64,000 nt of DNA from contig CATQHZ020000001.1 in the NCBI GenBank assembly GCA_958296135.2, positions 4,947,779 to 5,011,778 of the forward strand, written 5' to 3'. The notes under the pieces were generated by a model. The model searched no databases and was not told where the DNA came from. It worked only from the letters and a program-made list of their open reading frames with translations. This DNA comes from an uncultured Poribacteria bacterium (GTDB taxonomy: Bacteria; Poribacteria; WGA-4E; WGA-3G). Shown piece by piece: positions 9,097-19,408 of this stretch (its first letter is position 1; every line of letters begins with the position of its first letter). The translations under genes and the position numbers were made by a program.

Positions 9097-9504
9097 ATGG
9101 CAAACGTAAAACACGCCCTAGTCGAATATCCGATTCAGGATAACGTGCGGCTTGAGGCGTATTGGCGAGACGATGCCGGCGGGCGCGGCCCCGCAGCATC
9201 GCTGTATGTGCATGACGACGAGATTATGCGCTTCGACTGCTTCGGCGACGATAACGGACACTGCCACTTCAATCTGCGGCAGACGCGCGGCAGAAGATGG
9301 ATGTACCCCGCTGGTTCGTTCCGGGACCACATTCAGCAGAGCCTGTTCGATCTCCGAAACAACCTCGGGTTCTGCCTCCAGACGCACCAAGACGAACGGG
9401 TGCAGAAGATGCAGATAGACGCGGCAAGCCTTGAACAAGCATCGCGCGCAATGGCGGCGCAACTGCTGACATTCGCCGATGAGTTGACAGAGGAACCGGC
9501 ATGA
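9097..9504 (+). CDS. Hypothetical protein
   Basis: AAGGAGG RBS; ATGA overlap with nnr; 'MRFDCF...GHCH' conserved-looking motif. Confidence 0.75.
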   Translation: MANVKHALVEYPIQDNVRLEAYWRDDAGGRGPAASLYVHDDEIMRFDCFGDDNGHCHFNLRQTRGRRWMYPAGSFRDHIQQSLFDLRNNLGFCLQTHQDERVQKMQIDAASLEQASRAMAAQLLTFADELTEEPA

Positions 9505-11117
9505 AGGTTGTCACGGCGGCGGAAATGCGCCAGATCGACAGCGATACGATAGAACGCATCGGCATTCCCGGCATCGTCCTGATGGAAACCGCCGGGAATG
9601 CCATCGTCCGCTCCATCCAACGTCACTATCCTGACTGCCGGCGCATCAGCATCTTTGTCGGCAAAGGGAATAATGGCGGTGATGGGCTCGTCATCGCGCG
9701 GCAGTTGGCGCATGCCGGTTGCGATGTGCATATTTTCCTCGTCTCTCCCGCGGAAAGTTTTACCGGCGACGCAGCAACGAACCTCCAAATTGCCCAGAAT
9801 TTAGGGCTGCCGATGGAGGAAATCACAGCACCGGTAGAAACCATCTCCCGCGCACAGACAACCGCACCGCATACCGTAGCGCAATGGACTCTGTTTGTCG
9901 ATGCAATTTTCGGCACGGGACTCCGCCGACCGGTTGTCGGGAAGATTGCCACGGTGATTGACTGGATGAATCGTCTCCCCGTGCCTACCGTCGCGGTTGA
10001 CTTGCCTTCTGGGTTGGATGCCGATACCGGGAAGCCACTCGGCGCGTGTGTTCGCGCAGATAGGACGGTGACTATCGGGCTGCCGAAGCGCGGGCTGTTG
10101 TTGCACCCCGGTGCCGAGTTCGCCGGAAAACTGGAAATTGCAGACATCGGTTTTCCCAAATCGGTTATTGACGCGCAAAATATCGGCGTGAATTGGACAA
10201 CAGCGCAGGCAGCGACACAGTGGCTGCCGCCTCGGCCGGATGCCTCTCATAAAGGCAGTTATGGACGCGTCCTCGTCGTCGCCGGCTCAACAGGAATGAC
10301 AGGCGCGGCGGCTTTGGCCAGTGAGGCAGCATTGCGCATCGGCGCAGGCATCGTCACCCTCGCAATCCCGAAAAGTCTGAACCCGATTTTGGAGATGAAG
10401 CTGTCTGAGGTGATGACGTTGCCTTTACCAGAAACGGCGGCAGGCAGTTTGGCGGCAGCCGCCGCCGAACCTATCCTCGAATTTGCAGACAAGACAAAAT
10501 CGGTGATGGCTATCGGGCCGGGGTTGTCGCAACACCCGGAAACTGTGGCACTTGTCCACCGCTTGGTTCACGCGAAATCGGGATTTAGCATGATAATTGA
10601 CGCAGATGGGTTAAACGCACTGAACCAAACCATCACACCTTCTACCGGAGCGCGAGGGCCTGTTCCTCGCGCTCGCTCGAATACTGACATCGTCCTTACG
10701 CCGCACCCCGGTGAGATGGCACGTTTAATAGGAACAACTATCCCACAAATAGAGGCAGACCGGCTCGGCACAGCACAGAAATTTTCACAGGAATGGGGTG
10801 TCACCCTTTTGCTCAAGGGCGCGCCTACCGTCACCGCGTGTACGGACAGGAGTCTCTGGATAAATTCAACCGGCAACCCCGGCATGGCGACAGCCGGCAT
10901 GGGAGATGTCCTCACCGGCATCATCGCCGGTTTGATGGCGCAAGGGTTGTCAGGCGAAAGGGCGGCTGGGCTTGGCTGTTATCTCCACGGCTTAGCGGGG
11001 GACATCGCAGCGGAATCGTTCGGCATGCATGGATTGACAGCAGGCGATGTGCTAAACGCTGTGCCTCAGGCGATTAAGGCTCAAGACACCCCTGCGAAAA
11101 CCTCCCGGAGAACGTAG
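9501..11117 (+). CDS. nnr: Bifunctional NAD(P)H-hydrate epimerase/dehydratase
   Basis: YjeF_N 'GKGNNGGDG', 'VDAIFGTG', 'DLPSG'; kinase-like 'HKGSYG', 'LTPHPGEM', 'MATAGMGDVL'. Confidence 0.95.
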   Translation: MKVVTAAEMRQIDSDTIERIGIPGIVLMETAGNAIVRSIQRHYPDCRRISIFVGKGNNGGDGLVIARQLAHAGCDVHIFLVSPAESFTGDAATNLQIAQNLGLPMEEITAPVETISRAQTTAPHTVAQWTLFVDAIFGTGLRRPVVGKIATVIDWMNRLPVPTVAVDLPSGLDADTGKPLGACVRADRTVTIGLPKRGLLLHPGAEFAGKLEIADIGFPKSVIDAQNIGVNWTTAQAATQWLPPRPDASHKGSYGRVLVVAGSTGMTGAAALASEAALRIGAGIVTLAIPKSLNPILEMKLSEVMTLPLPETAAGSLAAAAAEPILEFADKTKSVMAIGPGLSQHPETVALVHRLVHAKSGFSMIIDADGLNALNQTITPSTGARGPVPRARSNTDIVLTPHPGEMARLIGTTIPQIEADRLGTAQKFSQEWGVTLLLKGAPTVTACTDRSLWINSTGNPGMATAGMGDVLTGIIAGLMAQGLSGERAAGLGCYLHGLAGDIAAESFGMHGLTAGDVLNAVPQAIKAQDTPAKTSRRT

Positions 11118-11225
11118 GGCGGGGGCCTGTCCCCCGCCGTGCCAGCTCATCTCCCGTGGCCCGTAGGGCGGGGGCCTGTCCCCCGCCAAGCATCAAGCGC
11201 AAGGGACAGACCTTCGCCCTACGGA
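11112..11225. repeat. REP-like cluster, family GTAGGGCGGGGGCCTGTCCCCCGCC
   Basis: Two direct copies and one inverted copy; the first supplies the TAG stop of nnr. Confidence 0.8.
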
Positions 11226-11295
11226 CAGCCGGACAGGCCGAGGGGAATTTGGAACGATACATTCGCGAAAATCTTAATTTTTCAAGGAGACATCA

Positions 11296-12078
11296 ATGGA
11301 ACTCGGATTGACAGGAAAAGTCGCCGTCATTACCGGCGGTAGCGAAGGAATTGGCAAAGGTATCGCGACGCGCCTCTCCGCTGAAGGCGCGAACGTCGCT
11401 ATCTGTGCGCGACGCGAGGAAGTTTTAACGGATGCAGCAGCGGAAATTCGCGCGCAAACAAGCAGCGAAGTCCTCGCAATTCCCGCAGACGTGACAGCTC
11501 CAGAAACGCTGCAGAATTTTATCGGACAAACCGCATCCCACTTTGGCAAGATCGACATTTTAATCAACAACGCCGGACGTTCGGCGGCAGACGCGTTTGA
11601 AGCGACGAGCGACGCAGAATGGTACGCCGATCTGGATTTGAAGTTGATGGGCGCGGTGCGTTGCGCGCGTTTGGTGATTCCACACATGAAAGCCAACGGT
11701 AGCGGTAGAATCATCAACATTACGCATCCGGGTGGCAAACAGCCGGGCGCAGGTTCGGTTCCCACTTCTGTCAGTCGAGCGGCAGGCATCGCGTTGACGA
11801 AGGCACTCTCCAAAGAACTTTTACCCCATAACATCTTGGTAAACACCGTGTGTCTCACCTCTATTAAGAGCGCGCAGGGAGAACGCGCATGGCAGGCGGC
11901 GGGTTCACCGGGAACGCTTGAGGCATATTGGGACGCGCGCGGCGCGGAGCATCCCCTCGGCCGTTTAGGCGAACCGGAGGAAGTAGGCAATTTAGTCGCC
12001 TTCCTCGCTTCAGACTGCGCGGCGTTTATCACCGGCACCGCGATTAACATTGACGGTGGACTCTCCGCAGTGGTATAA
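11296..12078 (+). CDS. Short-chain dehydrogenase/reductase (SDR)
   Basis: 'ITGGSEGIG', 'LINNAG', 'FITGTAINIDGG'. Confidence 0.93.
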   Translation: MELGLTGKVAVITGGSEGIGKGIATRLSAEGANVAICARREEVLTDAAAEIRAQTSSEVLAIPADVTAPETLQNFIGQTASHFGKIDILINNAGRSAADAFEATSDAEWYADLDLKLMGAVRCARLVIPHMKANGSGRIINITHPGGKQPGAGSVPTSVSRAAGIALTKALSKELLPHNILVNTVCLTSIKSAQGERAWQAAGSPGTLEAYWDARGAEHPLGRLGEPEEVGNLVAFLASDCAAFITGTAINIDGGLSAVV

Positions 12079-12082
12079 GCAT

Positions 12083-12273
12083 CGCGGTTGCAAACCGCAC
12101 CTCCCAGCCCCTATCGGAACCGTAGCACGAGGGAAAACCTGTCCCTCGCAAACCCCATCGGCGCGGTTTCAAACCGCGCCTACCATCCCCGTAGGAGAGA
12201 CCTCCCGGTCTCGATGCCCGGTAGGAGAGACCTCCCGGTCTCGATGCCCGGTAGGAGAAACCTCCTAGTCTCG
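12083..12273. repeat. Mixed REP-like cluster (three palindrome families)
   Basis: GCGCGGTTTCAAACCGCGCCTAC-type, GTAGCACGAGGG-type and three 30-bp tandem GTAGGAGAGACC copies. Confidence 0.8.
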
Positions 12274-12289
12274 AAAACAGAGGAACAAA

Positions 12290-12697
12290 ATGAGCACCTA
12301 CAAAATTTATCCCATCGCGGCCGCAGATGCCGCCACCGCCTTCCAGATAGAATTAGATGCACGCGCGCTCGCCGCGGCGGAAGCGATAGAAACCAGCAGC
12401 GCAGATGGCGCGCAACGCGAGGCAATCGCGAAGCAACACCTCGGCGCGGATTATGAGAAAGGCTACCGCGGCACCGCGTGGGACCTGCACGGCATCTCTG
12501 CCGGTCTGACACCGGCCCGCTTGGCACGCATGCTGGAAGCACACGGCGAATTTTTTGACGCGTGCGAAGAACGTGAAACGTTCGATCACAGCCTCATGGT
12601 AAATGTTGAGGAAGAATTAGCCGCGCAGCTAGAAGAGATTCCGGATTCGGTTTTGGATGCGATTGTTGCGGCATACAAGGCTGAACTTTTGGGATGA
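12290..12697 (+). CDS. Hypothetical acidic helical protein
   Basis: GAGGA RBS, coding-like composition, no recognisable motif. Confidence 0.7.
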   Translation: MSTYKIYPIAAADAATAFQIELDARALAAAEAIETSSADGAQREAIAKQHLGADYEKGYRGTAWDLHGISAGLTPARLARMLEAHGEFFDACEERETFDHSLMVNVEEELAAQLEEIPDSVLDAIVAAYKAELLG

Positions 12698-12705
12698 TAC
12701 CGCCC

Positions 12706-13257
12706 CCTCGCGCTACGATGGAAGAAGAAAGAGGCCTCATCAAACGTAAGGCGGGGGCCTGTCTCCTGCCTGGCATCAACAGGCCTTTTACCGTAGGGCG
12801 GGGGCCTGTCCCCCGCCATGCATCGATCACGAGGAACAGGCCCTCGCGCTACGATGGAAGAAGAAAGAGGCCTTAGTGAACGTAGGGCGGGGGCCTGTCC
12901 CCCGCCAATGCATCAACCGGCCTTTTACCGTAGGGCGGGGGCCTGTCCCCCGCCATGCATCGATCACGAGGAACAGGCCCTCGCACTACGATGGAAGAAG
13001 AAAGAGGCCTCGGCGCATCAGCATCGCGAGGGACAGTGGACATCTCTGCAGCGAGGCTGCAGAGATGACAACGTTTCGGCGTGACGGCCCTCGCGCTACG
13101 GTAAAAGGAGCAGTTGCCGCCGCGAGGAACAGGCACTCGCGCTACGGGGAAGAGGAAAGGTCTCGCGGCGCATCAGCATCGCGAGGGACAGTGGACATCT
13201 CTGCAGCGAGGCTGCAGAGATGACAACGTTTCGGCGTGACGGCCCTCGCGCTACGGT
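12706..13257. repeat. BIME/REPIN-like array of alternating inverted REP palindromes
   Basis: Units of about 137 bp and about 155 bp each duplicated; includes the expanded-loop variant with CATCTCTGCAGC..GCTGCAGAGATG. Confidence 0.85.
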
Positions 13258-13407
13258 GAAGAGGAAAGATGCCTCTCGGAACAACAAGCGTCCTAAACCC
13301 AATCATGTTTTCACTATCCTTTCTCGGTTCAACTGGCTCTATACAGATAACCCAAACATTCAGGATGCCTTTTCACAACGCGAATTCCCAAAAAGGAGGA
13401 AAACGTC

Positions 13408-14889
13408 ATGCTACGCACCCTGATCCGCCAAGAATTGCTCGTGCATTTGATGAGCGCGCGGTTTTTCGCCGCCGTCGTGATTACCGTGCTGCTCGTCGTC
13501 GCCAATACGTTTGTGTTGCTGGGCGCGTATGAAGAGCGGCTCGCAAACCATAGCCAGCGAGAAGCGGTGATGCGCGGGAAAATCGCCGACGCACCCACCT
13601 ACTCGTCTTTAAGGCTAGCAGTGGCACGGCCCCCAAACCCACTGAGTCTCTTCAGTGCCGGGTTGGACACGCGGTTTGGGAGTGCCGTTGACATCTTTCA
13701 TACGCAAGTGCCATCCCTTTTAAGGGTGGGGGCACCGCTGAGCTCAAAGAACCCGTATCTAAACCTCTTTTCGCACATCGATCTGGTGTTTCTCTTCCAA
13801 GTCGTGTTGAGTCTGCTGGCACTGCTGTTCGCTTATGATACGATTGCCGGCGATTCGGAAGCCGGCACCTTGCGGCTGGTGCTCTCGCATCCTGTCGGGC
13901 GCGGGGCCGTCTTATTTGCGAAATATCTGGCCGCCATGGTCTGCCTGCTGCTGCCGCTGCTGATGAGTCTGCTGCTCGTGCTGATTCAATGCACGCTTGC
14001 CCCCTCGCTGCAACTCGGCCCGGCGGAGTTTCTACGTATCGGCGGCATCGTGGTGACAACGGTGGTTTACCTGTCGGCGTTCTACCTGATCGGGTTGCTG
14101 ATTTCCACGACGACGCGCCGCGCGGCGACATCGCTCATCCTTTGCATGTTCGTGTGGGTGGTTTTGGTGCTAGTCTATCCGAACTGGAGCCGGTTTGCTA
14201 TCGATCCGATTGGCGATACGAATGCCCGCCGCACCTCCGCCTATCAACAGATTGATCAAATTCGGGAAGAGGCAGAACGAGAGGAACGCCGGTTCCTCGC
14301 CAACAGCCCTCTGACAGGCAAGCCGCCGTGGTTTAACATTGACTTTCCCGAATCTCGGCGGATGTTCTGGCGGGGCGGAGCAGACCAGCTCATCGGCAAA
14401 TTGAGAAACACCGCCGACCCGCTTGTGCCGCACCTCCAACAGTATCACGCATTCATGAACCAGATGCACATCCGACTGGCAGAAAAGGAGGGGTTAGTGA
14501 GACAACAAATGGTGGCGGAAACCGAGCTGCGGCGAGCGAGATGGGATGAACGCCTCATGAAACTGAGTCCTGCAAGTCTCTACTCTTTTGCCACCGCCGC
14601 CTGGGCCGGCACCGATGTGGACGGGATAGTGGATTATCTCCGTGCGACGCGGCGATACCGGCGCACCTACATCACCTATCTTCAGGATAAAGAGGCGTTC
14701 GCCAGTCGACAATGGTTTGCTACCAACGACGGGCCAGTCGCCTGGTCAGATCTGCCACCCTTCCGCTTTCGGCCGGCCGCAGTCGGTGTCTACGCGCAGC
14801 GCGCCCTGCCAGAACTGTTGGTGCTGTGCTTAATCAATCTCGGCGTGTTCATGGGCACATTTCTTATCTTTGTCAAAATGGAAGTTTAG
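13408..14889 (+). CDS. ABC-2 type transporter permease (type A)
   Basis: 'FAYDTIAGDSEAGTLRLVLSHPVGRGAVLFAK' signature, multiple TM helices, two large soluble loops. Confidence 0.9.
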   Translation: MLRTLIRQELLVHLMSARFFAAVVITVLLVVANTFVLLGAYEERLANHSQREAVMRGKIADAPTYSSLRLAVARPPNPLSLFSAGLDTRFGSAVDIFHTQVPSLLRVGAPLSSKNPYLNLFSHIDLVFLFQVVLSLLALLFAYDTIAGDSEAGTLRLVLSHPVGRGAVLFAKYLAAMVCLLLPLLMSLLLVLIQCTLAPSLQLGPAEFLRIGGIVVTTVVYLSAFYLIGLLISTTTRRAATSLILCMFVWVVLVLVYPNWSRFAIDPIGDTNARRTSAYQQIDQIREEAEREERRFLANSPLTGKPPWFNIDFPESRRMFWRGGADQLIGKLRNTADPLVPHLQQYHAFMNQMHIRLAEKEGLVRQQMVAETELRRARWDERLMKLSPASLYSFATAAWAGTDVDGIVDYLRATRRYRRTYITYLQDKEAFASRQWFATNDGPVAWSDLPPFRFRPAAVGVYAQRALPELLVLCLINLGVFMGTFLIFVKMEV

Positions 14890-15073
14890 TGTTTCGTCAT
14901 CCGCAAGGTGTCCGGCGAGAGTTTTTTGAGCGATACCGGTTCACTTACCCGGCAGGGCTGACATTGGGAAGTCTCGCATTCCTAACATGCAAGAAAAGAC
15001 AACGTCTTTTCGGCCTGACAAGGAGCATCCCTTTCCAAGACAACGTCAACCCACCTAAAGGAAATACGAAAAA

Positions 15074-16585
15074 ATGATTTGGCACATTGTCACTCGCGAA
15101 TTCTTTGACCATCTCAACAGCCTCCGGTTCGCCTTAGCCACGCTCATCCTCGCGGCGTTAATGGTAACCAACGCCGTGGTGCATCTGCGGCGGCATCCGG
15201 AGCAGGTCCGGAAGTACTCCGAAAGAGTCAACACCGTGCGCAACGCGGTGAAGTCACGGACGCAGCTCTATCTCCTGCTGCAAAAGGGACCGGGCGATTT
15301 TCGCAAACGGCCCCCTTCTCTCGCCTTCATCGCCGATGGCGGCGAGGCATTGCTGCCGGGCCAGATCGGGAGCGGCGGTTCTTGGACAAAGACAACGGGC
15401 CCGGGCAACTCGCTAAAAAGCGTTTGGTGGATGGGATATCCTTACCTCAACCTGAGGGCAATGAGCAGCCTGCGCCCGACAGCAACGAAGATAGATTGGG
15501 TGTTTATCATCACCTATCTGCTTTCGTTCCTCCCGATACTGTTTACCTTTGACGCGCTGTCGGGTGAGCGCGAGCAGGGGACGCTGCGCCTCTGTCTCGC
15601 AAACCCGATCTCACGCCACGCGCTCTTGCTCGGCAAATTCATCGGGGCCCTCCTCGCGGTGCTGATTCCGTTCTATTTCGCCGTGTTGCTCAACCTCGCC
15701 ATTATCTCCACAGATACTTGGACGCAGCTGGACACTGCCGCGTGGGGTCGGTTGGGACTCATTGTGCTCATTGCATCGTGCTATGCCGGCATCTTTATTG
15801 CCGTTGGGCTCATCGTGTCCGCCGCCACCCGAGAGAGCCGGTTAACGCTCATCCTGCTGTTGTTAATTTGGGTTACCATGGTAGTGTTTATGCCCTCTAC
15901 GCTCGGCACGCTCGCGGCCAAATGGATGGCACCTGTCCAAACGCAAAACCAATTCAACAAGGCAAAAGAGGCAGCACTTGATCAGGTCAACGAACCCCTC
16001 AAGCAGATGCGGGAACGGCTTGAAAAACAGTTGCTATCAAGGTACTCCCTCAGCAACCTGCCCAAAATGCCGCGGGCAGCAGCGCAAGCCTTGGTGGAAG
16101 CCGAGTCGGCAAAGGTTGTTGATGCAGATTTACCGATGCTAGCGGCGCTTGTGAGGAAAGATGTAGAAGTCCGCGAGCGGTCCAACCGCGAGCATCTCGC
16201 CGCACAAAGTGCCCAAGTCCAGCGCGCCAGAGCCATCACTCGGTTCTCGCCCGCCGCCACCGTCCAATACGCCTTGGAGTCTATGGCGGGCACCGGATTT
16301 AACCGCCACTTGCACTTTCTTGATAGCGTGCGGCTCCATATCCGCCAATTCCGAGACTTCATCGAGGAACGAGAGCGTGCCGATGCAGCCAGTCTTCACC
16401 TCATCGGCATTCCGCAAGGCATGTCCGAGAAGCCGGTCCCGCCGCAGGCCATCCCGATTTTTGAGGATAAGGTGACGTTCCGAGACACGTTGAACACGGC
16501 GATGGGGGATATCCTGTTGCTCGTGTTATTACTGGGAGGGTGTCTGTTAGGTGCATTCCTCGTCTTTGTCCGCTCGGAGGTTTAA
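15074..16585 (+). CDS. ABC-2 type transporter permease (type B)
   Basis: 'FTFDALSGEREQGTLRLCLANPISR..LLLGK'. Confidence 0.9.
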   Translation: MIWHIVTREFFDHLNSLRFALATLILAALMVTNAVVHLRRHPEQVRKYSERVNTVRNAVKSRTQLYLLLQKGPGDFRKRPPSLAFIADGGEALLPGQIGSGGSWTKTTGPGNSLKSVWWMGYPYLNLRAMSSLRPTATKIDWVFIITYLLSFLPILFTFDALSGEREQGTLRLCLANPISRHALLLGKFIGALLAVLIPFYFAVLLNLAIISTDTWTQLDTAAWGRLGLIVLIASCYAGIFIAVGLIVSAATRESRLTLILLLLIWVTMVVFMPSTLGTLAAKWMAPVQTQNQFNKAKEAALDQVNEPLKQMRERLEKQLLSRYSLSNLPKMPRAAAQALVEAESAKVVDADLPMLAALVRKDVEVRERSNREHLAAQSAQVQRARAITRFSPAATVQYALESMAGTGFNRHLHFLDSVRLHIRQFRDFIEERERADAASLHLIGIPQGMSEKPVPPQAIPIFEDKVTFRDTLNTAMGDILLLVLLLGGCLLGAFLVFVRSEV

Positions 16586-16624
16586 GACCAGGGTGGTTCG
16601 TCTCGTATCCGAAACTTCATGGCA

Positions 16625-17216
16625 CGGAGGGCGGGGGCCTGTCTCCCGCCATGCATCAACCGGCCTTTTACCGTAGGGCGAGGGCCTGTCCCCCGCCATG
16701 CATCAATCGCGAGGGACAGCCCCTCGCACTACGGGGAAGAGGAAAGTCTCGCGGCGTATCAGCATCGCGAGGGACAGGCCCTCGCGCTACGGTGGCAGAA
16801 GAAAGAGGCCTTATCGAACGTAGGGCGGGGGCCTGTCCCCCGTCAGGCAGCAACCGGCCTTTTACCGTAGGGCGGGGGCCTGTCCCCCGCCATGTCTCGA
16901 TCGCGAGGGACAGCCCCTCGCACTACGGGGAAGAGGAAAGGTCTCGCGGCGTATCAGCATCGCGAGGGACAGGCCCTCGCGCTACGGTGGCAGAAGAAAG
17001 AGGCCTTATCGAACGTAGGGCGGGGGCCTGTCCCCCGTCAGGCAGCAACCGGCCTTTTACCGTAGGGCGGGGGCCTGTCCCCCGCCATGTCTCGATCGCG
17101 AGGGACAGGCCCTCGCACTACGGGGAAGAAGAGCGCGAGAATAAGCCCTCGCGCTACGGGGAAGAGGAAATATACCGCGGCGTATCAGCATCGCGAGGGA
17201 CAGGCCCTCGCACTAC
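16625..17216. repeat. BIME/REPIN-like tandem array, about 195-bp unit
   Basis: Near-exact duplication of a block containing several GTAG palindromes. Confidence 0.85.
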
Positions 17217-17260
17217 GTTATATAAGAGTCATCGACTTAGCAACTGAAAGGAGAAATACC

Positions 17261-18931
17261 ATGTTGAACAAAACACATCGCCATCACGGAGGGCTCCTAT
17301 TCGGACTCATCGTCCTTTTGACCTTCGCGATGATAGTCACTTCTCATGCCAAAACGATAGAGGAGGTCATCCCCGCGGATAGCTTCCTTTATCTCAAACT
17401 CCAAAACTTGGCCGCGTGCCGCGAGGCAATCGAAACCTCCGACAATTGGAAGGCAGCCGCCGAGTTTATCACTGCGAGCCCCAACTGGGCACTGATGAAC
17501 CAAATGCTGCAAATAGTGCCGATAGTCACCGGGACAGACATTCCCAAGCTCATTGACACGTTTCTGGAAGACCAGGTCGCGCTCACCGTTTCCGCCGGAG
17601 AAGAAGGACTCCTCGTCGGGCTCGTGGTCCAGAATGCGGGTAAGACAGCCGCCGCCGAGCAGACCTTTACTACGCTCACCGAAAGGCTCGCCAGCATGAT
17701 GGGGCACGAAGTCAACGTGACAGAAGATACCTATCGGGACATCACGTATCACGCCGTCGCTGTGAGTGGACAGCAGTTCACTTACGGGAGCCTGGACGCA
17801 GACCTTTTCCTCGTGGGACTCACCCCAGCCAGTTTCAAGAAGGTGGTGGATGTTTACCGCGCCGAGCAGGAATCGATTGCGACAAACGCGACGTATCGTT
17901 CCGTGGTGGAGATGACAGGTGAGCGCGAAGTGTTCGCCTTCGTGGATGTCACCGTGGGAGGGCCCTATTTGCAACTCCTGTTACCGCCGGTTGTCAGCCG
18001 CGAACTCGCAGGTTTCCGCACGTTGGGATATACCTTGGCCCTGTTACGTCCGGGCGACGGCCATCGGCTATACGGACACCTCAACGCCGAGCAGAAGGAG
18101 ACGCTGATTGCTCGGTTTCAAGGGGCCACCGCGATGCAAACCACGCGGGGACTCGCCGGCACAGAGGAATTTTTCCTTGCACTTCCGCCTCAGACAGCAC
18201 CCCTATTCTGGCAAACCGTGCTAGGTGGGCAGGCCCCCTCCGAGGTTCGCAACTTTCTGTTCCCACCAACCGCGGAGTTGCAAGCCGCCCTCGCCGGCGA
18301 ACTGACTTACACTATCGACCTTATCAACTTCGGGGCGCACTCAGGCTCATTATATACGGTACGCTCTAACACAACAGATGACGTGCTAGACTCAGTCGGC
18401 ATTGACTTTGAAGAACTCAACGTTGGTGTCCTCTTCATCCCCGATGCACCGGAAAAATGGCACGCGGTGTTCCAAGGAATGTTGGATAAGTGTGCTGTCC
18501 AGCCGCGCCGAGAAGTGGACTATCGCGGCATTACTTGCAACATCGTAGAGATTCCCGGTTCCCTCTACTACGGCACTATTGACGACATCTTTTTGTTAGC
18601 ATTTTCGGAGAAACAGTTCCAGACGCTAGTGGACGGGCTGTTAGCCGAACCGGCCTCGGGTGGTTTGCAGCAGCGGCTCGCGGCGTTCGCCGCACCGCCC
18701 GCAGCGTGTCTCCAATTTGACTTCGGGGCTTTTATCAGAGGCAGAGCACCGAGTAACTCAAGGATGCCCGCAGAGGTAGTCGCATCCACGGGGCAGATGG
18801 AGCCGCTCTTCGCGTCCCTCGTTGTCCAAGAGGGGACCGCATCGCTAGACATCGGCCACGCGCCAGAGGAAACAGGGAGTGAGGCACTCGCGAAACTGGC
18901 ACCGTTTCTGCTCTTGCCGCTTCTTTTTTAG
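17261..18931 (+). CDS. Exported hypothetical protein, possibly DUF3352-like
   Basis: ATG 17261 with AAGGAG RBS; signal peptide ending 'SHA', 'VIPADSFLYL', internally duplicated beta-rich halves ('DTYRDITY' / 'VDYRGITC'). Confidence 0.65.
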   Translation: MLNKTHRHHGGLLFGLIVLLTFAMIVTSHAKTIEEVIPADSFLYLKLQNLAACREAIETSDNWKAAAEFITASPNWALMNQMLQIVPIVTGTDIPKLIDTFLEDQVALTVSAGEEGLLVGLVVQNAGKTAAAEQTFTTLTERLASMMGHEVNVTEDTYRDITYHAVAVSGQQFTYGSLDADLFLVGLTPASFKKVVDVYRAEQESIATNATYRSVVEMTGEREVFAFVDVTVGGPYLQLLLPPVVSRELAGFRTLGYTLALLRPGDGHRLYGHLNAEQKETLIARFQGATAMQTTRGLAGTEEFFLALPPQTAPLFWQTVLGGQAPSEVRNFLFPPTAELQAALAGELTYTIDLINFGAHSGSLYTVRSNTTDDVLDSVGIDFEELNVGVLFIPDAPEKWHAVFQGMLDKCAVQPRREVDYRGITCNIVEIPGSLYYGTIDDIFLLAFSEKQFQTLVDGLLAEPASGGLQQRLAAFAAPPAACLQFDFGAFIRGRAPSNSRMPAEVVASTGQMEPLFASLVVQEGTASLDIGHAPEETGSEALAKLAPFLLLPLLF

Positions 18932-19015
18932 GACAGCACTGTAGGAGAGACCTCGGGGCTCAATACCACACTTTTGGAAAAATCTGAAACTTTTTTGGAT
19001 TTTTCCAAAAGAGAC

Positions 19016-19044
19016 TTGACAAAAAATCGAAATTTGTATAAAAT
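19016..19044 (+). promoter_or_regulatory. Sigma70 promoter for the leader/permease operon
   Basis: TTGACA (19016-19021), 17 bp, TAAAAT (19039-19044). Confidence 0.7.
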
Positions 19045-19108
19045 AGGGACAGTTTTAAGTTTCAAGAGAAGCAACATCCGTAAACCTTGCTTAACGGGGA
19101 ACAACACA

Positions 19109-19252
19109 GTGAATCAGCGAATTCTTAATCCCATTGTGAAACAGGGCACCCATCGCGGGACGCGGCACCTCTCGTGCGCGTCCGCTCCCTTTGTCGCCCC
19201 ATCACGAGTTCCCGAGCGACTTAAGACCCCCCCCTTCCTTATCTTCTGTTAA
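19109..19252 (+). CDS. Putative 47-aa leader peptide (uORF)
   Basis: GTG start with GGGG SD; homologous to 38621..38797 with synonymous changes and frame-preserving indels. Confidence 0.6.
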   Translation: MNQRILNPIVKQGTHRGTRHLSCASAPFVAPSRVPERLKTPPFLIFC

Positions 19253-19408
19253 GTTTTTATCCCCGGCGGCATCGGTATGCGTCGGTATTCTGCCTTAACT
19301 TCCGCACGCGCCCGGCGCGTTGCGGGCCATCTCCGTTGCAAAACAAAAGACTTGCAACTTTTCAACTAGAACCCCTTTAGGGGTGCAACGTTTATAGGAG
19401 GTCTGTTT

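Noticed and set aside
12706-17216. CRISPR arrays in the repeat-rich intergenic regions
   Set aside because: Repeats alternate in orientation, spacers are themselves repeated and variable in length, and no cas genes are present; they fit GTAG REP/BIME arrays.
16540-17247. ORFs with 'VGRGPVPR/RGTGPRAT' peptides (also 12586-13302, 33635-34345, 41940-42710, 47873-48476)
   Set aside because: They are translations of REP arrays, open in several frames on both strands and without ribosome-binding sites.
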